Origin: Epithemia pelagica
Lineage: Eukaryota > Protista > Bacillariophyta
Assembly: GCA_946965045.2 (NCBI GenBank)
Contig: OX337234.1
Span: 2,914,001 to 2,978,000 of the forward strand
DNA length: 64,000 nucleotides
Reading direction: 5' to 3'
Below are positions 52,501-61,453 of this stretch, piece after piece; the stretch's first letter is position 1, and every line of letters starts with the position of its first letter. Position numbers and translations under genes: made by a program. Below the pieces are notes generated by a model, which was given only the letters and a program-made list of their open reading frames with translations, had not been told where the DNA came from and did not search any database.

Positions 52501-53649
52501 AGGAAGGGACGGCAAGGAAGACGATTGACCAGGTACCGCCACGGACCGAAGGGAGGTGGAGGTATTCCTTGCGAAACGTGGTTCTTCTTGTTCTGGTTCT
52601 TGAAATAGGGAGGTTTCCAAAGGTGGATGAACGTCGGGGACAAGATTGATAAAGGATCGAATGGCAGACATGGATTGATGCCGATGAGCTGTATGTCGTC
52701 CTCGAACGGATTGATACGGATTTCGCAACAAGGTACTGGTCCAATCCAAGACCGTGTCGCTACTACTGCTGTTGCCGCCACCTCCAAACGTGATACTCGG
52801 CCGTCGACCCGTTCGATTGCTACTACTGCTGGAGGGATTGGTACGAGACGTGGCTCGTCGTCGCAATTGGCGTTGTCCTTGACGTTCTTGGCGTCGTTGC
52901 AGTGAGACAATAATGGAGGAGGAGGAGGGTAAATCGGCGGAGGAGTCTTCCAAACTGCTCGAACTGCTCCAACTGGCATTGGAGGATCGAGGGAGAGCCG
53001 ATTCCATGGGTGAATAATCATGATAGTTGGATTCCTTGTAAAAGGATGAGACAGCTCCCGCCAAGGTCGAATAGGTGGCTTCGGCTGCATAATTCAAGGA
53101 TTCATTGGCTTGATTCCAAGGAGCCGAAAACCAGGATGTGTAGGATTGCTGTGGTTGCTGCGCATCAGTCGTCGTTGTTGGAGTGTTTAGGGTATGGCCG
53201 TCTATCGATAATGGTGTGGACGAATGACTGACACTTGCTGTAGTAGTTGTTGTAGTTGTGCGAGTAGCTACATGAGACGGATTCGGATCGTAGGAGGTGG
53301 AAGGATTAGAAGATGTGGCGGTGTTGGTTGAGGTGGAATCGGCATAGAGTGTATTCAATGAAAACGACGAAGGGGAGAACCAATTTCCAGCTGGGGTTGC
53401 CGATTCCTGGGACGATGAAGAGGATGGTCCTGTCGTCTGGTGGTGGTTGTAGTTGCCACCGGTGGTAAACATGCCCGACAACGTCGACGATGATGATCCA
53501 GTGGCAGAGTCGACGTAGTCTCTCGCATTTCCTCCAGTTCCAATTCCAGATCCTCCTCCTTCTCTTCCTCCTCCCAACTGATGAGGTGTGTCCCTGCCGC
53601 TGCTGGATCCTGCCGGAGTTGTGTCTTGCGTCCACAGTCGAACCACCAT
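49564..53649 (-). CDS. NCA2: NCA2-domain protein (nuclear control of ATP synthase 2 family), 5 exons: 51969-53649, 50604-51783, 50253-50514, 50157-50188, 49564-50080
   Basis: Four GT-AG introns join four ORF-track frames into one 1223-aa frame. The spliced C-terminus FIEMQWLKKEMMNALHAMDEVMSANDINMNLAAITP resembles the NCA2 core. Confidence 0.75.
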
Positions 53650-53988
53650 GGTCTGGTCGAGTTCCTATTTCCTATTTTTTGCTCCAGGGAAGAATCCAGA
53701 CGCGCTCTCACCTCCTGTATGTGTGATGTCACGGAGTCGCGGATGGCGTCCTGAAGAAGTCCGATCCCTTAATTGACAGCGACTGACATCATCGCATCCG
53801 AGTTGACGTTTCCATCGAATACACCCAAGCGGGTAAAATTAGTATGTGTCTCTAAGGAGTACTTAAGATAAGCGACCTAGGAGCGACTATCTCCATACGG
53901 GGTGCGCCGTGCGCCCAACTTTCACCACAAAGTTTCAATCCACCATGGTGGTCTTCCAACAAGTGTTTTGGAACAAGCTCACGAAGAA

Positions 53989-55008
53989 ATGGAACCTAAA
54001 AATGACAAAAATAACGCTGGTGGCGTCCAACAGGACCTGATCCATGTCCAAGAGGAAGAAGAACCGGAGATGAAGGATCCCTTTGATTGGATCCTTCGAT
54101 GTCAACGACGGTCGTTTTCCTCGACACAACAAGACGGTAGTAGTACCACCCCCAGTACAAATGATGCGGATGATCCTCCAATGCGTGTCTTGCTGTGGCA
54201 CAGTCCGACTCCCCCAATCCCAATCGCGACCGAACAGGCCTTGTTGGCTGGCAAGCAATTGATTCGATATGGTGCCAAGGAACGAGGCATGATGAAGTCG
54301 CAACCCGATTGGAGAAAGAACCAAGTTCGTCGCTTGTGTGATCAACATGGTGTATCTGTAGAACTCGCCCTCTCCTTACGACGACATGTCATGAAACAAT
54401 TCAACCCCTACAAGAACATGCCGGCTTTAAGATTGGGGAGGGAAGACGAGATTCTAGAATCTTCCCGTCGGTTTGAAGGAGTGATTCACGAGTTGTTGCA
54501 ACGACAAGATGTTCCCTTTTATTCTGAAGCCGAAATCAAACGTCACATTCAACAACACCGAGGTCAACGACCCTTTCCTCCGACACCCGACTTTGTGTTG
54601 CACCAGGAAATGGTCATTGAGACCTTTGTGTACAAGAAGAATAAAAATGACCGAGGGAGTCGCAAACGCCAACGGACTCTGAAGAATACTTCTCAAATTC
54701 GTACAATTCAGCGACGATCTGTTTGTTGGATCGATGCCAAAATGTTTTATGGAGCCTCCACCATTGATCATGACAACAACAGTGCGGTGGGATGTTTGTT
54801 GGCCACAGCGCGCAAATACACTGCCGTCTACGGACCGGGTGCCTTTGTCTTTTTTCATGGCTATGGAGATCAATTGGCCAACGAATTGGATCAAACGGGA
54901 ACCATGGCCTTGGACTGCACCGGAGAGCATGTCCATTGCTTGTTGAAACCGGTTCGTGATCACCAACGAACGTGGTGTGCCGATGCCAAGGGAGACATTT
55001 TGCCATGA
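53989..55008 (+). CDS. CDIN1: TPD-motif PD-(D/E)xK nuclease-like protein (CDIN1/C15orf41 family)
   Basis: FYSEAEIK, PTPDFVL, VCWIDAKMFYGAS and RKYTAVYGPGAFVFFHGY. First ATG at 53989. Confidence 0.72.
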   Translation: MEPKNDKNNAGGVQQDLIHVQEEEEPEMKDPFDWILRCQRRSFSSTQQDGSSTTPSTNDADDPPMRVLLWHSPTPPIPIATEQALLAGKQLIRYGAKERGMMKSQPDWRKNQVRRLCDQHGVSVELALSLRRHVMKQFNPYKNMPALRLGREDEILESSRRFEGVIHELLQRQDVPFYSEAEIKRHIQQHRGQRPFPPTPDFVLHQEMVIETFVYKKNKNDRGSRKRQRTLKNTSQIRTIQRRSVCWIDAKMFYGASTIDHDNNSAVGCLLATARKYTAVYGPGAFVFFHGYGDQLANELDQTGTMALDCTGEHVHCLLKPVRDHQRTWCADAKGDILP

Positions 55009-55289
55009 AGAGAGATACCATCTTTAGGATGATACAACAAACACAAGAGAAGCATAATGGCATACGAGAGACTCTCTCTCCCTGTCCCTACTACTTCTCT
55101 TTGGAATAGATGTGTATAGTGTATAGTTGTAGAGTGGCACGCCTTCACAAGTGAGGCCAAGTGCATCCGCCACGGACCCTCCCAACCCGTTTTAACGCTA
55201 TACACCGGACTCTATAACACCATCGAATGCTTCTGTCCATCTACCTAGTAGAATTGATTGGTAACGTCAGACTACCTTAGCTTCCCTAA

Positions 55290-55810
55290 ATTGTTGTCGT
55301 AATAGCAGAACGATTTCCCAAACCAAATTGTAAACAATGCGATGAATCTAGGCGAAACAAACATTGTCCATATGACAGGGTGACGGGATTCATGATGGAG
55401 TTCATCTTGTTGTATTTTCGTACCTGTTGAAAAGTCGGATGCAGGATCCATTCCGTTTCCAACAGCTGCATCGTGCAAGACATAAGCGCTCGATCATATG
55501 TTCACCTCGCGTCAATCGCCACCTGGGCGACTCGGTCACAGAAAGGAAACCCAACACAGTCGACACCAAGCAAGGAATGGCACAAAGTATCACACATTGG
55601 TGCCAATTCCCAAGCTGTCCATCGTTTCCCAGACTCAACCATGCCAAAGCGGGCAGCAATAGAGTCCCGCATGTCCAAACGAATTCCATGTACAACAGAT
55701 GACGTCCACAATGGGAGGTCGGACTAAACTCGGCAAATGTATCGAACGGAACCGTCAGCCCGCCGACTCTTAAGCCCACCAGGAATCGGACAAGTAACAG
55801 CGCTGTGAGT
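55290..55810 (-). pseudogene. Fragment of an MFS (SV2/SVOP-like) transporter gene, frameshifted, 5' part missing
   Basis: LLLVRFLVGLRVGGLTVPFDTFAEFSPTSHCGRHLLYMEFVWTCGT..VTESPRW in one frame continues as DAAVGNGMDP..FIALFTIWFGKSFCYY in another. It has no start, and conserved-looking positions are substituted. Confidence 0.75.
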
Positions 55811-55817
55811 CGTAACG

Positions 55818-57008
55818 TTATTCTCGCTCGAGGAAAGACTTGTGAGCAGCCCATTTTTTGTTGGTGTCTTGTAATTTCCATTCAATGCATTCCTGGAAGA
55901 TTGCTTTGTCGGTGACATAGACCACAGAAGTCCATGCATCGTTGGCAACCTTTTGTGCCCCGTTCATGGCCGCAAACACGGTTGCAAGCTCTTGGTAGTA
56001 AAACGTGAGTCGGAGGACGACGCGGTATCGATTCCCATGATCTGCCACGCGGTCTTCAGACACCTCGCTCACAGACAAAGCCACTAACGGTATTCCTTCC
56101 GGGACGTTGAGGCCGTCTAGTTGTTGATGAAACATCCAGCTAGCAGCCACCATGTTGTTTTCGTCGTTTTGAAATTTCTTGAACATGGCCTTATCTTTCA
56201 AATGACACTTATAGTGTGCAATATGAGGAAAGGGCTTATCAATGCTCTGATAGCGAGCTAGATCCGTAGTTGGTTCTACTGGCTCTGTGACAGGCACGGA
56301 GAGCCGGTATGAATGCAATTGATCCAGGGACTGACATGGCGACTCAAAATCTTGCGGGTGATAGTCTTGCAATCGAATGCGCTGGAGATCACGTGGGGCT
56401 GGCACTGCCTTTGGAGTGATGGGATCCAGTTCAATCCCATCCAAGTGAAGGAGGTCTTTGTGAATTTCCCATGCGTTTATAGCGGTCTGAAACGCACTTG
56501 CGGAGTCATCGTTCATAAAGTAGGCTGTAGCCACAAGATCGTCATTTTCATACCTCACTAAAACTCCTTCCGCTTGAGAGAAACGCCCGTTGTGTTGCTC
56601 CAACAACTTGTAGACATTTCCCCTTGCTCCCTTCGACTGCTTGGCTTGTCGTATCTTCAATCCTACGAAGTACACGGCGGGCGGATGAGCCGCGGCTCTA
56701 GCAGCAATCCGCGGAACGGTCAGAAACAAAGCAGTATCCTCGCTTTTTCCGGGCTCCGGAACACAACCTGTGGGAGGCACAAAATAGGTCACCAATGGGC
56801 TGCTCGCCTTGAGACGGTCCTCACCATGGACGGTTGTTTCGCGAACTTGTACCTCTGCCGGTGAAAGCTGACCTTGAAGGTTTTGTTGCCTCACAAACGC
56901 TTTACGCAGGTCCTTGATTTCCGCATCATCTTTCAGATCCGTGACAGTATCAAATAACCAGTCATCAGAAGAGTCCTTCCATCTTACCCACACCTCGTTA
57001 TTGGCCAT
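55818..57008 (-). CDS. Crinkler/CR-like protein: Ubl-type header, middle alpha/beta domain and C-terminal HNH-like nuclease domain
   Basis: Header MANNEVWVRW..DLKDDAEIKDLRKAFV..GKSEDTALFLTVP; C-terminal YKCHLKDK..DENNMVAASWMFHQQLDGLN. Likely ATG at 57008. Confidence 0.6.
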   Translation of the reverse strand: MANNEVWVRWKDSSDDWLFDTVTDLKDDAEIKDLRKAFVRQQNLQGQLSPAEVQVRETTVHGEDRLKASSPLVTYFVPPTGCVPEPGKSEDTALFLTVPRIAARAAAHPPAVYFVGLKIRQAKQSKGARGNVYKLLEQHNGRFSQAEGVLVRYENDDLVATAYFMNDDSASAFQTAINAWEIHKDLLHLDGIELDPITPKAVPAPRDLQRIRLQDYHPQDFESPCQSLDQLHSYRLSVPVTEPVEPTTDLARYQSIDKPFPHIAHYKCHLKDKAMFKKFQNDENNMVAASWMFHQQLDGLNVPEGIPLVALSVSEVSEDRVADHGNRYRVVLRLTFYYQELATVFAAMNGAQKVANDAWTSVVYVTDKAIFQECIEWKLQDTNKKWAAHKSFLERE

Positions 57009-57080
57009 GGCGTTCTGGATTCCCTGGATCAGAATGCGTTGCTGTTGTTGTGGCCTGATGGAAAGGGAACCACTATTCGA

Positions 57081-57120
57081 GGGGGTGTTAGTTTCAAAAG
57101 GCAGCAATATGATTGGGTTA
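57081..57120 (+). repeat. Conserved putative left end of transposon copy 1, repeated at 61161-61200
   Basis: gggggtgttagtttcaaaaggcagcaatatgattgggtta vs gggggtgttagttttccaaggcagcaatatgattgggtta (37/40). Shared blocks gtcttacc, cgaatcacgga and gattccatcagccgatc follow. Confidence 0.85.
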
Positions 57121-57388
57121 GAAATGTCGTTTCACAAAAAATCACTTAGGAAACAAATGTCGTTACAGGTGTCTTACCGTGTCCCGGGAACCCATCGAAT
57201 CACGGACAAAAAACATGGAGGGAAGATTCCATCAGCCGATCCGGTCGGTCCTTCACGGTCGCCCATGGCATGGCCAAGTCGACCATTGCGACAAGTCCTC
57301 TTCTGACCATCTTATGACCCTTTTGAGCATGGTCAGAAGCCTGGAAAAGAGGATACACTTCAATAAGTTAGAATAACAAATAGAGATC

Positions 57389-60300
57389 ATGAGTTCTGCA
57401 GCACAATTCACAGCGGCCAAGGCCATGGGGCCACAGTCGCAACGATACGGAAATCAGTACTCTCGTTGGCCAAAGAAGAGTTGGAAGAAGCGTTCAGGTT
57501 GGAGAAAGATGGACCTTTCGGTCATCTTTGAGTCCGACATTGACTGCCCCATCTGCAGGGCCAAGGCAAGAGGAATGGCCATCCCTCATCGCCCTCACCA
57601 CCCCAGATGCAGCAAAAACACAACAACAAGGGGCAAGGGAATGAACGATGGAAGAGGAGCAGAGGTAGTGGCCTCAGAAAAGGCCCAGGCTGCCCATGCC
57701 AAAGCAATCCGCAAGCAACTTACCAGTGCAGAGAGATTGTCCGCCTCCAATGTCACACAGGAGGCACTCAACACTTTCATGGAGCATCGTCCAAATTGCT
57801 CGTCGAAAAAAGCAACGACAAGAGACGCTGAAAATGAAAAAACACAATCAACTACGGAGACTACGGCAACGGAAAGTTCTACCGTTGGTGGCGAGGAAGG
57901 CGTGTATGTTCCAACAGCCGAAGATTTCAAGTTTGAGGTAATTATGCGTGTGACAGCAGTACCTACGGAGGTGCATGTCCCACGTGCTGTGCATGCGTTG
58001 GCGAGTTATGTGACCGACACGTGCCTTGGTTCTAAGCGTTGTGTTGAGAATTTGAAACCTTTCTTCACTAATATTACCGTTACTGTACCCCCCATTGCCG
58101 ACAACACGAGTGCTTTGTACGACTCGATTGTGGGACAGGAACTCCTGGTTGTTGATTGGGAGCTGTTTTTCCCCAGTCACCACTTGCGTTGTCCTCGTTG
58201 CCGGGGTAATCTCCAGCGTACGCGATCGAACTTTTCAAAAAACAAGTCCCTTTTCCCCATTTTCGCCATGTCTGGTCCCCCAAAGTATGCAATACTTATG
58301 GGATACAAGTGTGCCGGGTGCTCGGCTGCCTTCTATGCGAATGATGGAGAATTGCTCGCACGACTGCCTCCCTACATGGCTATGTGTTACCCAGTGGAAT
58401 CCAAGTATGCTAGAGGAACATCGCATCTAGCTAAAGATGCTACGAGGATTATGGAAGCATCAATGGTAACCTATGGCAATGGGGATTACATTAGTCGGAT
58501 GCTTTATGAAGGAATCAACACCTACTATGAAGACAAGACAATGAGATACTATTCTTATTGTGCTGCTACAGGAAAAGAATCAGAAGACTACGTGCAAAAG
58601 GATGGTGAGTTTCTGGTTCGCTACCCACCTTTAGGCGAGACAATCCGCCAGCTATATGATGATGGAGCAAGCTCCGAGTGGCAACCCTGGATGGTGTCTG
58701 ATAATGAGAGAAACACAAGAGAGATTCAAGGGGTTAGATGCCAGCACATGTTTGCTCACGACCACACCCACCAGGTAGTGAAAAATTATCCAAGACGCCT
58801 CAATGCAGCTGCAATGTGGACCATGGCAACAGAGACAGGAGAAATTGCTTGTGCAGTGTTAGTGCACGACACATCAGCACTCGAGTTTGCACATGCTGCG
58901 GAACAAGTGCTGAGACGTACCGGGTTTTGCCCCAAGGCCATGTACTCTGACACATGGCCTTGTGGCAAGGATTTTTGGTTGTTGTTGGTTGATGACTTGG
59001 AGGGCCGTCTTGGCCTTTTCCATTTCATACAGAGGATCACCAAGACGCTCAGACAACGGCACATTGACTTTGGGATAGCCATGAAGGAATTGTTGGATGC
59101 AATCTACGAGTACCATCCTGAAGACTTGGAGAAACTTGTTGGTTCTTTGAAAAATGGAACCATGTCAAGCTCCAAGAAACAATACACAGACGAAGAGATC
59201 AGTGAAATGATGGGAACAAAGACCTTTCGACAGAGGTACTCAAAGCACTTACGGAAGATTATTCGGGGTGGCGATACGATTGTCCTCAACTTGGAGGAGT
59301 GGAAGTGCAAATACAAGTGCACTTCCACTCCTGGCAAGCCACCAGCACGAGGCCGATTGGATCCACACTCCAATCAACCTCTTTTTACGGCCGAAACACA
59401 TCAAGCACTGGAAAACTGTAAAGAGAAGGCAAAGTTCCTTGCTGATCCCTTGCCCGTGGAGAAAATGTATCGTGAGATACCTCCATCACCAAGATCAAGC
59501 AACCAGCTAGTGGAGTACGTACCTTTGAGAGGAGAGAGTAAGCTCGAGAGCTTTCATGACAATTTGACGCATTTTGCCAACTGTGGCATGCGAGAAACTC
59601 TCGCAGATGCTTTGAATTTGGCAGGCACGGCCCAGTTTAACAGGGCAATTCGTCACAAGATGAGAATCATGACGAAGTCTCAAGAAGAACGTTCAGTGGT
59701 GCCTGCAGGATGGGAAATGGTGGTGAGTTTTGGTAACGCATGCAAAACAAACATGATCAATATACTTGCCTCGATGTCTGGAGCTTCTCGTCCTCCCTTT
59801 CCAGAGGTTGAGAAGCTTCCAGAAGATACGGGAGAACGGTTTTTCTCCGAGTACCTGGAAACGAGAAAAGAAATCACACAACAAGTTCCAAAGCATCCAC
59901 TCAACGATCGATGCCAGTGCCGAAAATGTGCGAGCAACAAGAAGAGGTTGCCGCATGACACGTCCATTCCATTGTTGGGTTTGGCAGAGGAGGAGTCAGA
60001 GGTCGAAGATGAAATCCAACAAATACAACAACCACAGACACAGCCAGAAACACAACAACAGACACGGCAAGAAACACAACAACAGACACAACAACAAGAA
60101 ACAGCACAAGCACAGGCAATCAGTAGCAATAAGAGAAAGGAAAGAGAGGGAGAAGAAAAAGAGAGCGACGATTTGGATGAGAACAACATCAGCAACAAAA
60201 AGCAAAAGGTTACAAACAACAGCGAAGCCTTACCAACAACAACGATGGCAGCAACAAATCAATCAGCAGCGACAGTGCAGGATCAACAACAACAACACAA

Positions 60301-60694
60301 AGAGCCTCAAAATGCAGCAAACAGCACACCTGCAATGGCAACAACAGCAAATGGGTTGGTGGTACTGCAATCGACAACAACAACAACGACAACAAGACAG
60401 AAAAACCAACCTGTCAACCCGTACAAGCAAAATCAGCAACGGCCAACAACACTCCCCGATCAACAGCAATACCCCTTTGCATTCCACAGCAATCCCCATG
60501 GCTGGGGTGGTCTTCAATCCGTCCCGCAATGTATGCCCACCGTTCCTCCCTTCGGACCACCACCTCGTGTCCAAACCCAGTTCTGTTGCGTCAAGTACAT
60601 GAAGTACTGCGTAGAACGAGGGAAAGGACGTCCACCCCATGACCGACGCTGCCCCAAACGAGCCTTGAACAAGGCACCATCTTCATTCTCTTGA
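57389..60694 (+). CDS. Large putative transposase (MULE/Dada-like C/DxxH group), 1101 aa, copy 1
   Basis: N-terminal CPIC..HRPHHPRC; CPRC..CAGC zinc ribbon; acidic motifs AHDHTH, MYSDTWP, LGLFHFIQRI and RGESKLESFH; Q-rich tail; C-terminal FCC..PPHDRRCP. Confidence 0.65.
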   Translation: MSSAAQFTAAKAMGPQSQRYGNQYSRWPKKSWKKRSGWRKMDLSVIFESDIDCPICRAKARGMAIPHRPHHPRCSKNTTTRGKGMNDGRGAEVVASEKAQAAHAKAIRKQLTSAERLSASNVTQEALNTFMEHRPNCSSKKATTRDAENEKTQSTTETTATESSTVGGEEGVYVPTAEDFKFEVIMRVTAVPTEVHVPRAVHALASYVTDTCLGSKRCVENLKPFFTNITVTVPPIADNTSALYDSIVGQELLVVDWELFFPSHHLRCPRCRGNLQRTRSNFSKNKSLFPIFAMSGPPKYAILMGYKCAGCSAAFYANDGELLARLPPYMAMCYPVESKYARGTSHLAKDATRIMEASMVTYGNGDYISRMLYEGINTYYEDKTMRYYSYCAATGKESEDYVQKDGEFLVRYPPLGETIRQLYDDGASSEWQPWMVSDNERNTREIQGVRCQHMFAHDHTHQVVKNYPRRLNAAAMWTMATETGEIACAVLVHDTSALEFAHAAEQVLRRTGFCPKAMYSDTWPCGKDFWLLLVDDLEGRLGLFHFIQRITKTLRQRHIDFGIAMKELLDAIYEYHPEDLEKLVGSLKNGTMSSSKKQYTDEEISEMMGTKTFRQRYSKHLRKIIRGGDTIVLNLEEWKCKYKCTSTPGKPPARGRLDPHSNQPLFTAETHQALENCKEKAKFLADPLPVEKMYREIPPSPRSSNQLVEYVPLRGESKLESFHDNLTHFANCGMRETLADALNLAGTAQFNRAIRHKMRIMTKSQEERSVVPAGWEMVVSFGNACKTNMINILASMSGASRPPFPEVEKLPEDTGERFFSEYLETRKEITQQVPKHPLNDRCQCRKCASNKKRLPHDTSIPLLGLAEEESEVEDEIQQIQQPQTQPETQQQTRQETQQQTQQQETAQAQAISSNKRKEREGEEKESDDLDENNISNKKQKVTNNSEALPTTTMAATNQSAATVQDQQQQHKEPQNAANSTPAMATTANGLVVLQSTTTTTTTRQKNQPVNPYKQNQQRPTTLPDQQQYPFAFHSNPHGWGGLQSVPQCMPTVPPFGPPPRVQTQFCCVKYMKYCVERGKGRPPHDRRCPKRALNKAPSSFS

Positions 60695-61086
60695 TTGACC
60701 TGAATACCTGCATGACAAACAACAAAAAGAAAAATTCGTAGTGAGTAACATCGTAGCAAAAAAAATTATGTCAAGATCTTGTGCGAGGTGCAAGCAGTTC
60801 CGATCGTGATGCGAAGCACAGACTGGATACGCCTCATCACATGCTACGTAGAACCACGTGAAAGGTCATCGGATGGTCGGGAGGATTGTACCAGTGTAGA
60901 ATGTCGTTTCAATAACAAAAAGGTGCTGAAACGACATGAAGGGCTTAATCGTTTTGGAGGGGAAGTGCCTTCTCCCCTCTGAGGGAAGCTTGGAGCTTCC
61001 TAGAACATTTCATACGTCAGAGGAAACAAACGTGAGACTGCGAGCAATACGCGGATCGATTTCATGAAGGAATCTGACTTACGGAA

Positions 61087-61149
61087 TCTCCTTCTTCTCT
61101 CCTTCTCTCTCCCCCTCCTCTCCCCCTCTCCTCTGCCTTCTCCCCCCCT
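61087..61149. repeat. 63-bp polypyrimidine tract (G-rich on the minus strand) immediately before the second element end
   Basis: tctccttcttctctccttctctctccccctcctctccccctctcctctgccttctccccccct contains a single purine. Confidence 0.85.
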
Positions 61150-61160
61150 ATTTTCATTCA

Positions 61161-61200
61161 GGGGGTGTTAGTTTTCCAAGGCAGCAATATGATTGGGTTA
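61161..61200 (+). repeat. Conserved putative left end of transposon copy 2
   Basis: 37/40 identical to 57081-57120. Confidence 0.85.
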
Positions 61201-61453
61201 GACATGTCACACAACAATTAAACACTTAACGAAAAACAAGTTAAAAATGTCTTACCTCGATTTAAAACCAATCCCACGAAGGCCCCGAATCACGGATTGG
61301 CAGCAAGAAAAAAACCAAAAAAACCTCCAAGTTGGATTCCATCAGCCGATCGAGGCGGTTGCTCGCGCCATTGTCGACACAACACAAGACGACAACGAGA
61401 CATTGACCACTTTCTGGCCATCTCAGACCTGTAGACAACGTAATCGAATAAAG

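Noticed and set aside
57081-57160. tRNA-like start (GGGGGTGTTAG..) of the conserved element end
   Set aside because: There is no T-arm GTTCGA at the right distance and no complementary acceptor stem in either copy, so it is not called a tRNA.
60695-61160. Right TIR or TSD for transposon copy 1
   Set aside because: No reverse complement of the 57081-57120 block and no repeat of the left flank was found, so element boundaries are not called.
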